The notes under the pieces are model-generated. The model ran no database searches. It had not been told where the DNA came from and saw nothing but the letters and a program-made list of their open reading frames with translations. From positions 1 to 40,997 of IMG/VR virus record IMGVR_UViG_3300009787_000003: DNA of 40,997 bases; one strand, given 5' to 3'. The DNA comes from a virus. Position 1 is the first letter of the stretch, and each line of letters begins with the position of its first letter. This document shows positions 30,212-39,527 of the stretch, piece by piece. The translations under genes and the position numbers were made by a program.

Positions 30212-32434
30212 ATGGCTGGCCTTCGCGACAGCATCAACGAAGAAAATCGGCCACAGCGCAAGCCAACGAAGATCCCCAAGGGGTTCGACAGCATTTCGTC
30301 ATTTCTGAACGATATGCGCAGGCGCTATGAGTGGGGTTATTCTTATAACGAACACAACATCATCGCGGGCAAAGACGACGCCCGGTTCGTGACGGGCGAA
30401 GGCCAATGGGATCCGATTATCCGGCAGCGCCGCATGGCAGAGCGCAAGCCGACGCTGACATTCAACCGCCTTGTCGCGTTCCTGGCGCAAGTCATTGGCG
30501 ACCGGTTGATGAACGAAACCGAAATCCGCGTGCTGCCTGACAAGGGATCGGAAAAGGGGATCGCCAACATTCGTGAAGGCTTGATCCGCAATATTTTCAA
30601 GAATTCGAACGCGGAATTTGCTCGCAGCGAAGCGGCAAAATACCAAGTGATTGGTGGCCAGGGCGCATTCTATCTGTCCGTTGATTATTGCAACAATGAC
30701 GTGTTCGAACAAGAAATTCGCTTGAACGCGATTTATGATCCTTATGCTGCGGTTTTTGACCCGCTGGGGATTGAGCCGTCAGGAAAGGATTGCCAGTTCG
30801 CCTTTGTCGGTGAAGATATTCCGCAAGATGAATACAAAAACCGCTGGCCGTGGGCGTCGGAAACGTCATTCATGGATTCGAAAACCTGGAACCAATCCGG
30901 TTTTTGGATGCAGGAAGATACGATCCGCATTGTCAATTATTGGCGCATGGTGACGGAAGGCTTTAAAGTCCTGGCGCTCTACAAAGACGGGACGGTGCAC
31001 GACATCACCGACATGGAGGAATACGAATATGAAATGTTCGTCGCAACCCGTGACGACGGCGAGCCGTATATCCGCGAAGTGCCGAAGCGCTTTGCTCGCC
31101 TCTACGTCTGCTCCGGCAATGAAATTCTGGAAGGGCCATACGATTACAATTGCTCCAGCATCCCGGTCTATCGCGTCGCGGGCTGGGAAGTAAACGACGG
31201 CGAGCGGATTTATCGTTGGGGCCTTATTCGGAACCTGAAAGATCCGCAGCGCTTGCACAATTACTGGCGCTCGACTGTCGCGGAACAGCTTGTCGCCGCG
31301 CCGCGTAACAAATGGTTGACGACACCGGAAGCTGTCAAAGGGCACGAAGCAAAATGGCGTCGTGCGCCGGTATCGAGCGACCCCTTTCTTTATTACAACG
31401 ATGGGGAACAACCGCCGATCCACATTCCGCCGCCAGCCGTGGACGCCGCGCTTGTCAACGAAGCTGGCGCGTCCACTCAGGATTTGAAGGATATTTCCAA
31501 CCTTCACGAAGCTGCGCTTGGCATGCCGTCGAACGAAGTTTCGGGCGTTGCGATCCAGCAACGCAACCAAGTTTCCGACGTGGGCACCTATATTTATACC
31601 GATCGAGCAAGAATTGCTGACGAACGATGCGCGGTCAACATCAACGAATTGATCCCGGATTATTACGACACAATGCGCGTCGAAACGATCATGGGCGCGG
31701 ATAACAAAGTCGATACGATCACGATCAACGATCCCAGCGATCCGAATTCTGATATCACGGTCGGCAAATACAACGTCACTGTGTCGGTGGGCCCGGCGAG
31801 CGCAACCAAGCGCGCCCTTGCCGCCGAACAGATGATGGCATTTGTCAACGCCGTGCCACAGATCGCCGCGAACGTCATGGATCTGGTTGCCGACGCCCAG
31901 GATTGGCCGCAGTCGATCGAATTCGCGCGGCGGTTCAAGATGATGCTGCCTCCGGGCATGCTGACACCGGACGAAATGACGCCGGAAATGCAGCAGATGC
32001 AGGAAGCGAACGCGCAAAAACAGCAGATGGCGACACAGGTTCAAATGCTGCAAATGCAGTCGAAAATGGCGCTCGAAGCGGCAAAAACCGCCGAAGGCCA
32101 AAGCCGTGCCCATCTGTCGATCGCCCAGGCTTACAAAGCGATTCTGGACGCACATGCGCGGCAGGCCGACGTGGCGCAAAAGGGCGAGACGGCAGGCATC
32201 AAGGTTGCATTGGATGCTATCGATCAGCACAATGCGATCGGTGCGGAAGATCGCCAATACGAATTGGATGCGTTGGCCTCATTGACACAGGCGCACAGCA
32301 CGCTTGCGTCTGCCAACGCGGCAAACGCCCAAGCTACCGCAACGGCAGCGGGCGTTGGAGATCCGGCCAGCGGAGACGGGCAGGACGGAACACCGGCAGC
32401 AGCCGGACCGACAAGTGAACCAAACGGAGAATGA
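30212..32434 (+). CDS. portal protein (P22-like size class)
   Basis: 740 aa, immediately downstream of terL/HNH and upstream of scaffold and coat. It has a long helical Gln/Ala-rich C-terminus reminiscent of the P22 portal barrel. Confidence 0.85.
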   Translation: MAGLRDSINEENRPQRKPTKIPKGFDSISSFLNDMRRRYEWGYSYNEHNIIAGKDDARFVTGEGQWDPIIRQRRMAERKPTLTFNRLVAFLAQVIGDRLMNETEIRVLPDKGSEKGIANIREGLIRNIFKNSNAEFARSEAAKYQVIGGQGAFYLSVDYCNNDVFEQEIRLNAIYDPYAAVFDPLGIEPSGKDCQFAFVGEDIPQDEYKNRWPWASETSFMDSKTWNQSGFWMQEDTIRIVNYWRMVTEGFKVLALYKDGTVHDITDMEEYEYEMFVATRDDGEPYIREVPKRFARLYVCSGNEILEGPYDYNCSSIPVYRVAGWEVNDGERIYRWGLIRNLKDPQRLHNYWRSTVAEQLVAAPRNKWLTTPEAVKGHEAKWRRAPVSSDPFLYYNDGEQPPIHIPPPAVDAALVNEAGASTQDLKDISNLHEAALGMPSNEVSGVAIQQRNQVSDVGTYIYTDRARIADERCAVNINELIPDYYDTMRVETIMGADNKVDTITINDPSDPNSDITVGKYNVTVSVGPASATKRALAAEQMMAFVNAVPQIAANVMDLVADAQDWPQSIEFARRFKMMLPPGMLTPDEMTPEMQQMQEANAQKQQMATQVQMLQMQSKMALEAAKTAEGQSRAHLSIAQAYKAILDAHARQADVAQKGETAGIKVALDAIDQHNAIGAEDRQYELDALASLTQAHSTLASANAANAQATATAAGVGDPASGDGQDGTPAAAGPTSEPNGE

Positions 32435-33498
32435 TTATGAGCGGGAATGAAGATCCAGATTTTGCGGCTTTCGAAGCTGCCGGGACTGTCGAAATTGGCG
32501 CACCTTCGCCCAATACGCCCGCTCCGGCCCCGCGTCGTGCGCCACCGAAACCTGCCGCTGCACCCGGCGCCGGGGGCGATGCTCTCGAAGGCGGAAATGG
32601 CGGCGCAGACGGCGGAAATGCGGGCGCTGGGAGTGATCCTGACGATGAATTCGACTTGGGAAATCTCGGAGACGATGACGATGACGGCGGTGAAGGTGGT
32701 CAGGGCGAAGGCGGCGATGATGAAGGCGACGAGGGCGACGGGCGACGTGAAACGCCTGAAGGCCGGATCAAGCGCATCAAGCGCGAACGGGCCGAAGCAA
32801 AGCGCGAGCGCGATGAAGCCCGCGCCGAAGCGCTGCGGCTGCGCCAGGAAAACGAAGCTCTGAAAAATGGGGGCTTGCCGACGCCACAAACGCCTGCTAA
32901 TTCTATCGACAAGTTGGGGCCCGAACCTGATCCGAACGATCAGGCGAAATACCCGCTGGGGACCTTTGATGCCCAATACATCAAAGACAGCGCTGCTTGG
33001 TCGGTAAAATTTGCACTGGCACAAGAGCGCGACGCGGACCTGCAACGTCAGCAGGAAAGCCAGATCCAACAGCGCCAACAGCAGCAACAGCAGAAATTGC
33101 TTGATACGGTAAAATCCGTGTCTGACAAGGGATCTGCGATCTATGACGACTTTCAAACGGTTGTCGTGGATGCTGGCATGAAAGGTAGCTGGGATCTGTC
33201 GCAAGCGACATTCGAAGCCGCTGCCGAAGTTGATCATGGTGCCAGAATTCTTTACAATCTGGCCAAAAATCCGACCGAAGCAACACGGGTTTCCAAGCTC
33301 TCGCCGTTTCAGCAGGCCCGCTATGTGGACCAAAAGAACACCGAGATCGCGGAACGGATTGCCGCCCGCAAGCGCCCCAAAGCTGGTGCCCCGCCGACGA
33401 CACATGCACGTGGCGGGAATTCCAGAGTAAGCATTAGCCCGGCTACGGACAATTTGGACGACTTCGAAAAGTTGTTCGACAGAGCCGGGAAAAAATAG
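32431..33498 (+). CDS. scaffolding protein
   Basis: It lies between portal and coat. It is highly charged with an acidic Gly/Asp/Glu run, Arg/Glu/Ala coiled-coil sequence and a QQRQQQQQQK run. The ATG overlaps the portal stop. Confidence 0.7.
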   Translation: MIMSGNEDPDFAAFEAAGTVEIGAPSPNTPAPAPRRAPPKPAAAPGAGGDALEGGNGGADGGNAGAGSDPDDEFDLGNLGDDDDDGGEGGQGEGGDDEGDEGDGRRETPEGRIKRIKRERAEAKRERDEARAEALRLRQENEALKNGGLPTPQTPANSIDKLGPEPDPNDQAKYPLGTFDAQYIKDSAAWSVKFALAQERDADLQRQQESQIQQRQQQQQQKLLDTVKSVSDKGSAIYDDFQTVVVDAGMKGSWDLSQATFEAAAEVDHGARILYNLAKNPTEATRVSKLSPFQQARYVDQKNTEIAERIAARKRPKAGAPPTTHARGGNSRVSISPATDNLDDFEKLFDRAGKK

Positions 33499-33509
33499 TC
33501 CTGCCGTGA

Positions 33510-33547
33510 GGGAAACCCCGATCGGCTTTTAGCAAGAGGGGTTTCCC
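33510..33547 (+). promoter_or_regulatory. 10-bp perfect stem-loop abutting the coat-gene start codon
   Basis: gggaaacccc - 18 nt - ggggtttccc. The 3' arm includes the GAGGGG Shine-Dalgarno and ends at the base before the ATG at 33548. Confidence 0.55.
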
Positions 33548-34891
33548 ATGACAATTCCCGTTGGTCCCGTTACCGCCGAACAGCAGAAGCTGGTTCTCAA
33601 TGCCTTCGCTCTGGTGTTGCAGAACAACCTGACGACCGCCGACATCTGCACCTGGAATGAATACGACGGGGAAATGGACGACCGCAACGGCCTCCAGGTT
33701 CTCGAACAGGTGACGCCGCGCTACAATATCACGCGCACTGTGGCGGGCGTGAAGGATCTTTCGACTTCCGGCACTGACGGCACGGTGTTCGGTTCGGAAC
33801 TTTTCGAAGTTACCGGCACGTTCAACGCCAATATGGGCTGGGGCGATTTCACCAAAATCCAGACTGTTGGACAGGCCCGCGAAAGCAAGGCGCTGCTTGG
33901 CGCCGCAACGTCAATGGCCGAAAAGATCGACGCTTATATTCTGAGCATTGCGGCATTCGCATCGAACAACTGGACCGGCACGCCGGGCGACGCAATCAAT
34001 GACTGGATCGACGCTTCCCAGGGCTATACCCGGCTCAAAGAGGAAGGCGTGGATGACAACGATCTCGCCTATGTCCTGAATTATTACGACAAACAGCAGC
34101 TTGGCGAACAGGTTATCAACCTGACGACCAACGATGCGCCCATGACCGCCTTCCGCAAGGGTTTTTCGGGCGAATTGAACGGGATCAAGACGCTGTTCAC
34201 GCAACAGCTTCCCGTGCTGACGACCGGCACCCGTGCGGCGACCGGCGCGGGCGCGGTCAACGGTGCCAACCAGAACGTGAACTATTCCGCAGTCGCCAAG
34301 GCCGGTTCGGTCAACGGCCTGCGTATGACGCAATCGCTGATCTGCAACGGCTTCGCTGCCGGTGCGACGATCGAAGCGGGAGCGGTGTTCTCGATCCCTG
34401 GCGTCTATGCCTACGACAATCGCAAGCAAGCGCTGGTCAACCCGGCACGCCTCCAGCAGTTTACCGTTGTCACGGGTGCAACGGCTGACGGCGCAGGCAA
34501 CGCCACCTTGACGATCTTCCCCGCGATGATCGTTCCGGGCGTCGAAGCCACGGGCGGCGTGACTGCCGACATCAACATCAACACGGCCCATGCAACGGTT
34601 TCGGCGGCTCCGGCCACCAACGCCGTGCTGACGTTTCTTGGGGCTCCCAGCAGCAATTATGGCCCGCGTCTGGTCATCCAGAAGGAAGCCATCGTTGTCA
34701 ACACGGTGCCGCTGATCCTGCCTGCTTCCGATACGTCAATGCGCCGGAAGCTGTCCAAGATCCCGCTGACGGTTCGTATGTGGCAGCACAGCGACTTCTA
34801 TACCGGCGCACACGGCGTCCGGTTTGACGTGGCTCTCGACGCAAACATTCGCGAGCGTCGGCGGCTCTGCCGGATCAACGGCACGATGTAA
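33548..34891 (+). CDS. major capsid (coat) protein
   Basis: 447 aa, follows the scaffold gene and is followed by a strong terminator. The size fits the P22 coat class. No search was run. Confidence 0.85.
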   Translation: MTIPVGPVTAEQQKLVLNAFALVLQNNLTTADICTWNEYDGEMDDRNGLQVLEQVTPRYNITRTVAGVKDLSTSGTDGTVFGSELFEVTGTFNANMGWGDFTKIQTVGQARESKALLGAATSMAEKIDAYILSIAAFASNNWTGTPGDAINDWIDASQGYTRLKEEGVDDNDLAYVLNYYDKQQLGEQVINLTTNDAPMTAFRKGFSGELNGIKTLFTQQLPVLTTGTRAATGAGAVNGANQNVNYSAVAKAGSVNGLRMTQSLICNGFAAGATIEAGAVFSIPGVYAYDNRKQALVNPARLQQFTVVTGATADGAGNATLTIFPAMIVPGVEATGGVTADININTAHATVSAAPATNAVLTFLGAPSSNYGPRLVIQKEAIVVNTVPLILPASDTSMRRKLSKIPLTVRMWQHSDFYTGAHGVRFDVALDANIRERRRLCRINGTM

Positions 34892-34929
34892 ATCGTGCAC
34901 TTCGTCTTGTTCTCCGGGCGAAGGTTGGT

Positions 34930-34973
34930 GGCCCCATTCCGTATCCCGCGTGCGGAATGGGGCCTTAATTTTT
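34930..34973 (+). terminator. rho-independent terminator after the coat gene
   Basis: The 12-bp stem ggccccattccg/cggaatggggcc has an 11-nt loop and is followed by ttaattttt. Confidence 0.75.
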
Positions 34974-34985
34974 AGGAGATGGCAA

Positions 34986-35255
34986 ATGTCCACGACTACC
35001 AAAATCACCATTCCAAATGGTCAATGGACGGAAGTAGCCGCAGCATCGGTGAATGTCCGCATTTGGGGCAACCCGGCGGGTTTTCGCGTCGCCGTTGGCG
35101 CAGCGCCGCCGGCAGACGAAACGATTGGCCTTTTGGTCGGTCGTGGCGAAGCTCGCCCAGGGCTCTATGAACTTTTGGGTTTGGCCAACACCGACAACGT
35201 GTATCTTACACCCGTGGATGGTCGCGATTTTGTGGCACAAGTCATCGCGTCATAA
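34986..35255 (+). CDS. 89-aa hypothetical virion-module protein
   Basis: Internal ATG MSTTTKITIPNGQW preceded by TAGGAGATGGCAA. Confidence 0.6.
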   Translation: MSTTTKITIPNGQWTEVAAASVNVRIWGNPAGFRVAVGAAPPADETIGLLVGRGEARPGLYELLGLANTDNVYLTPVDGRDFVAQVIAS

Positions 35256-35278
35256 AATCTTTTTGAAGGAGAAACGAA

Positions 35279-35608
35279 ATGGCGGAATTGAGCAAAAACT
35301 GGCCCGCGTGGTACTATGGGCCGAATGGCGCAGCAGCGGTATTTCAATCGCAGTCGGAAGTGCCCGAAGGATGGGTCGAACACCCGGCGCTGGTCGGGCA
35401 ACCTGCCGGAACCACGCTTGCGTCGATCGACACGGCCCAGGCCGATGACGCCGCCGACGTGGAAATCCCCATCGCCAAGGTGGTTGACGCTTCAGGCGTG
35501 CCGTGGGATGCCGCGATCAACACCCCGAACCGGGCGCAGACCGTGGCGGGCCTGTGGCAGCTTTTGCCCGGCAAGAGCCGTCCAGCACCGGTCAAGCTCG
35601 ATCTTTGA
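35279..35608 (+). CDS. 109-aa hypothetical protein
   Basis: AAGGAG lies upstream. It contains VPWDAAINTPNRAQTVAGLWQLLPG, a motif shared with 14028-14756. It ends in KLDL. Confidence 0.6.
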   Translation: MAELSKNWPAWYYGPNGAAAVFQSQSEVPEGWVEHPALVGQPAGTTLASIDTAQADDAADVEIPIAKVVDASGVPWDAAINTPNRAQTVAGLWQLLPGKSRPAPVKLDL

Positions 35609-35631
35609 TCGAATGAATATGGAGAGCTTCC

Positions 35632-36402
35632 GTGACACTGATTTCCTCGATCATTTTGGATGCATACCGGGAAAGTAATATTATCCCGATCAATGTTGCT
35701 CCGAACGACAATCAGAACACGGAAGCTCTGCGGCTCTACAACGCAATTCTGTCGGGCCTTTTCGGAACCGACGTAGGTGAAATTCTCCGGGATTGGCCGT
35801 TGGGCAACCTGGGGCGTGATCCCGATTTTCCGTGCGAAGAAATCGGGCCGAACGATCGTTGGCTTTCCCACCCGCCGATCAACACGCGGCTGGTTGCCGT
35901 CAACGAAAGCCCAATCTCGATCGATTTGACCGTGCGGCCCCAGGACGGTTCGCGATATGCGATCATCGATCCTTTCGGGCAGCTTGCGACAAATCCCGTC
36001 ACCTTGAACGGCAACGGGCGCGTGATCGATGGCAATCCGACATTCGTTGCAAACACCAACGGATTTTCGAACGAATGGTTGTATCGCGCCGACAAAGGCG
36101 AATGGATCTCGATCACGAACAAAGCGCTGACGGATGACAATCCGTTCCCGGCAAAATTCGACGCGATGTTCATCATCCTTTTGGCCATTCGACTAAATCC
36201 GCGGTACGGTCGCGATCTGACGGATTTGAGCAAATCCATCCTGAATGCCAATCGCACGGCCTTTGTGGCGCAGTATATCAATTCTCAGCCGCTTGTGCGT
36301 GACGACAGCATTTCCTACCCCTTCATGTCCCGCATGGGCTGGTGGTGGGGACGTGACTATAATTCGACGGGCGGCTTTGGCCGGGGCAATCCTTATGGTT
36401 AG
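35632..36402 (+). CDS. 256-aa head-tail adaptor / tail accessory candidate
   Basis: GTG start preceded by GGAGAG. It sits between coat and the gp10-like gene, in the position of P22 gp4. Positional inference only. Confidence 0.55.
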   Translation: MTLISSIILDAYRESNIIPINVAPNDNQNTEALRLYNAILSGLFGTDVGEILRDWPLGNLGRDPDFPCEEIGPNDRWLSHPPINTRLVAVNESPISIDLTVRPQDGSRYAIIDPFGQLATNPVTLNGNGRVIDGNPTFVANTNGFSNEWLYRADKGEWISITNKALTDDNPFPAKFDAMFIILLAIRLNPRYGRDLTDLSKSILNANRTAFVAQYINSQPLVRDDSISYPFMSRMGWWWGRDYNSTGGFGRGNPYG

Positions 36403-37663
36403 TCTGAAAATTGGTAAGGGCGATTGGAACCGAATGGTAGCGCGCGAAGCGCAAATCCAGACGCGCAATCGCTATTACGAAAGCAATCCGATTTTGAATG
36501 ATGAAGGCGTTGCGATGATCTCGCGGCCCGCCTTGAAGCGTTTTCTGTATGTCGGTAGCGGCCCGATCCGCGCTGTTTATTCGCAGCCTGGAGATTTCGA
36601 GGAAGCGCTTTTTGTCGTTTCGGGCAGCGAATTCTACCGCGTGGATCTCGACGGCACTGTGACCTATCTCCAAGGCGATATTGCGCTTGGGGGCACGCCG
36701 CGCATGGCTGCAACCGCCTCGATCGGCGACGGCGTTGATGCGACACCGGCATACCTTTTCATGGCCGATGGTCGAAGCCTCTATTGCTACATTGAAAACG
36801 GCTATGCGTTGGGAACGCTTACCGGATCGCCCAACAATGGCGATGTCGTACAGCTTTCGACCGTGTATTATAAATTCACGACCGGCAGCGTGGATGCAGG
36901 CACCCCAGCCGGAACGATGGCAAATCCTTGGTTAGTCGCAAAAGGTGCGACCGATGCAGCGAGCTTCATCAATTTTGGCAACGCCGTCAGCGCCACCGGA
37001 AATCCTGGCACCGATTATTCAACAGCCTTGGCAGCAAATCCAGACGCGCAATATGTGTCGTCGGAAGCCAACACCTGCTATGTGCGTGCGAATAATCCGG
37101 GCACAGTTGGCAACGATATTCCGACGACGGTTCCGACCGGCACAGATATTTCTTGGGGTGCCACAACACTTGTCAACGGCGGCAATCCAAGCGTTTTCGG
37201 CGTCACGGTGCCGGGCGACGTGGGCGCGGTCGATGTCTGTTTTGTATCGTCTTATATTGTCGTCATTCCCGTTCAGACGCTGAATTACAAAGGGCGCTTT
37301 TATTGGATCGAGCCCGGCGAAACGGTTATCAACGCGCTGGATTTTGCCACGGCAGAAACGGTGCCAGATCCGGTGTTCAACGTGGTGGCCTTCAACGATC
37401 AATTTTGGTTGCCGGGCTCGAATTCAACCGAAGTCTGGTATTTCACCGGCAACATCAATGCACCCGTGCAACGGCTCCAGGGCGTCACGTTCGCTCGTGG
37501 TACGTGGGCAGGCACCGCGTTGCAGATCAAGGAAAGCATGATCATTGTGGACAGCGATGGCGGTGTGTTCCAAATCTCCGGGGGCTTGGCACGAATTAGC
37601 AATCCGAGTATCGAAGAAAGAATTCGGAACGCGATCCTGAAACAATCCTACTTGACACCATAG
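36395..37663 (+). CDS. tail hub / DNA stabilisation protein candidate (P22 gp10-like)
   Basis: The start MVSLKIGKG overlaps the previous stop. 422 aa. RNRYYESNPILNDEG...FYRVDLDGT and the gene position resemble gp10-type proteins, from memory. Confidence 0.6.
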   Translation: MVSLKIGKGDWNRMVAREAQIQTRNRYYESNPILNDEGVAMISRPALKRFLYVGSGPIRAVYSQPGDFEEALFVVSGSEFYRVDLDGTVTYLQGDIALGGTPRMAATASIGDGVDATPAYLFMADGRSLYCYIENGYALGTLTGSPNNGDVVQLSTVYYKFTTGSVDAGTPAGTMANPWLVAKGATDAASFINFGNAVSATGNPGTDYSTALAANPDAQYVSSEANTCYVRANNPGTVGNDIPTTVPTGTDISWGATTLVNGGNPSVFGVTVPGDVGAVDVCFVSSYIVVIPVQTLNYKGRFYWIEPGETVINALDFATAETVPDPVFNVVAFNDQFWLPGSNSTEVWYFTGNINAPVQRLQGVTFARGTWAGTALQIKESMIIVDSDGGVFQISGGLARISNPSIEERIRNAILKQSYLTP

Positions 37664-37672
37664 GAATTCGGT

Positions 37673-38722
37673 ATGTCGATCGAGCATTGCGACAATTTCA
37701 GCATTTACGGCGGCAACGTCAATTTGATGCTTAACGGCGTTTGGGCCAGCATTGGCCAAGGCGGCGCGATCGTTGCAGATCCAGACGGGGTTTCGCCAGG
37801 CGTAGTGTGGGCGCCATACACAGCGCATTTTTACGGCCTGCGGTATATCTTGGCCGAAGCCCAACCGATTGTTGGATGCGCGCTGCGCCAATGGCTTCAA
37901 AATCTCGCCTTCGACACAAGCCACGGACCCAATCTGATCACATGGCTGGACGCGGGTGGCAATCAGATCGCGGTGGTCAAAGTGTTGCCCACGGGCGCAC
38001 TTGCGCTTGTCGTCACAGGCGGCGCGACATTCCAGACGGCAGGGCCGGTGATCACCGCAAATGGCTGGTGGCATATTGAGGCAAAAATGAACCAGACGGC
38101 GGGCACATTCGAGATCCGCGTTGAAGGCGTCCAGGTTTTGTATGAAACCGGCCTGACTTTCACGTCCGAAGCCTATATGTTCGAACAGAGCTTCAACACG
38201 GTTTTTGAGGGCGGCAACCCCGATACATACTACAAAGACATGGTGCTTTGGAACGGTGCCGGATCGCAGAACACCGATTTTCTTGGTGCGGTCCTGGTTG
38301 CGTCGCTTGTGCCGACTGCCGACGTATCGCTGAATTGGACACCGACGCCCAACACAGACACGGGCGCGCAGATCTTGGCGACTGCACCGCCCCAGGACGG
38401 CGTTGTTTATCTGGACGCTCCAAATCCGCCGCCTGCACCTTATGTTGCGACATTCTCAAATTTGACCGGCGACGTTTCCAGCGTCAAATGCCTTATGACC
38501 TTCGTGCGTGCTGCAAAGGTGGATGGCGGCGACGGCAGTTTGCAAGTCGGGATTATTTCCTCGCCTGCATCAACTCCAGCAACCACACTTGGGGCCAATC
38601 GCCCAATAACGACTACGCAAACCTATTGGCGCGATGTTTTCGAGCTTGACCCGAAAACCGCTGCCGCTTGGCTTCCAAGCTCCGTGAATTTGGCAGAGCT
38701 TCAAATCAACCGGACAACCTAA
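37673..38722 (+). CDS. 349-aa virion/tail structural protein
   Basis: ORF in the tail module with beta-rich sequence. No catalytic motif. Confidence 0.6.
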   Translation: MSIEHCDNFSIYGGNVNLMLNGVWASIGQGGAIVADPDGVSPGVVWAPYTAHFYGLRYILAEAQPIVGCALRQWLQNLAFDTSHGPNLITWLDAGGNQIAVVKVLPTGALALVVTGGATFQTAGPVITANGWWHIEAKMNQTAGTFEIRVEGVQVLYETGLTFTSEAYMFEQSFNTVFEGGNPDTYYKDMVLWNGAGSQNTDFLGAVLVASLVPTADVSLNWTPTPNTDTGAQILATAPPQDGVVYLDAPNPPPAPYVATFSNLTGDVSSVKCLMTFVRAAKVDGGDGSLQVGIISSPASTPATTLGANRPITTTQTYWRDVFELDPKTAAAWLPSSVNLAELQINRTT

Positions 38723-38723
38723 G

Positions 38724-39527
38724 ATGGCCGTCACGCCCAATATTCAGGCACCGCAAGGGCGCGTTAGCGTCGTCTATAATTTTCCGTCGCCGCATATGCA
38801 CGCCGAGCAAGCCCGTGTGTTTGTGACGGAACGAAAGGTTGCGACGGACATTGCCGTAGGCCAAGCCTTTATCATGGCTGTGGTGGACGGGCGCGTGGCG
38901 CAGCCGTTGGTGCGAGCTTCGACATTCACCTTGGACGGGCATGATTTTTACATGCTGCGCCTTGGCGATGCTGAAACGATCCTTTACGATACGGCAACCC
39001 AGCAATGGGTCGATTGGGATGGTGGTGGTTTGCCTTTCTGGCGCGCAAACTGTGCAATCAATTGGATCGGAGCGCAGTCTATCGGCTACGTCAACGGCAA
39101 CACCGATATTGTCGTGGGCGATGACACTTGGGGCTTGCTGTATTTCCTTGATCCCATGCAACCTTATGACGATTATCCCGACGCGGCGGCAGATCCTTCA
39201 TTCCAGCAAGTGCCCTTCAACCGGGTTATCATGGCGCAATCCCTGGCCAAAAGCCGTGAATTTGTGCCATGCTATGCCGTGTTCCTCTCCGGCGACAATT
39301 ATGGCGTTACCGCGCCGGATTTCACGCCGTTCGTCCAGCTTGAAATTTCCGATGATCAGGGAAATACTTTTACCAACGTCGGTGTTATCACCGTGCAGCC
39401 CGACACCTACGATAACGATTATCGCTGGACATCGCTTGGCCAGTTTGGATCGCCTGGACGCCTTTTCCGCATCACCGACAACGGAATTTTGACCAGGATC
39501 GACAGCCTGGATATGAACGATGACTGA
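38724..39527 (+). CDS. 267-aa virion/tail structural protein
   Basis: ORF starting 1 nt after the previous stop. Its 3' end overlaps the tail fibre start. Confidence 0.6.
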   Translation: MAVTPNIQAPQGRVSVVYNFPSPHMHAEQARVFVTERKVATDIAVGQAFIMAVVDGRVAQPLVRASTFTLDGHDFYMLRLGDAETILYDTATQQWVDWDGGGLPFWRANCAINWIGAQSIGYVNGNTDIVVGDDTWGLLYFLDPMQPYDDYPDAAADPSFQQVPFNRVIMAQSLAKSREFVPCYAVFLSGDNYGVTAPDFTPFVQLEISDDQGNTFTNVGVITVQPDTYDNDYRWTSLGQFGSPGRLFRITDNGILTRIDSLDMNDD

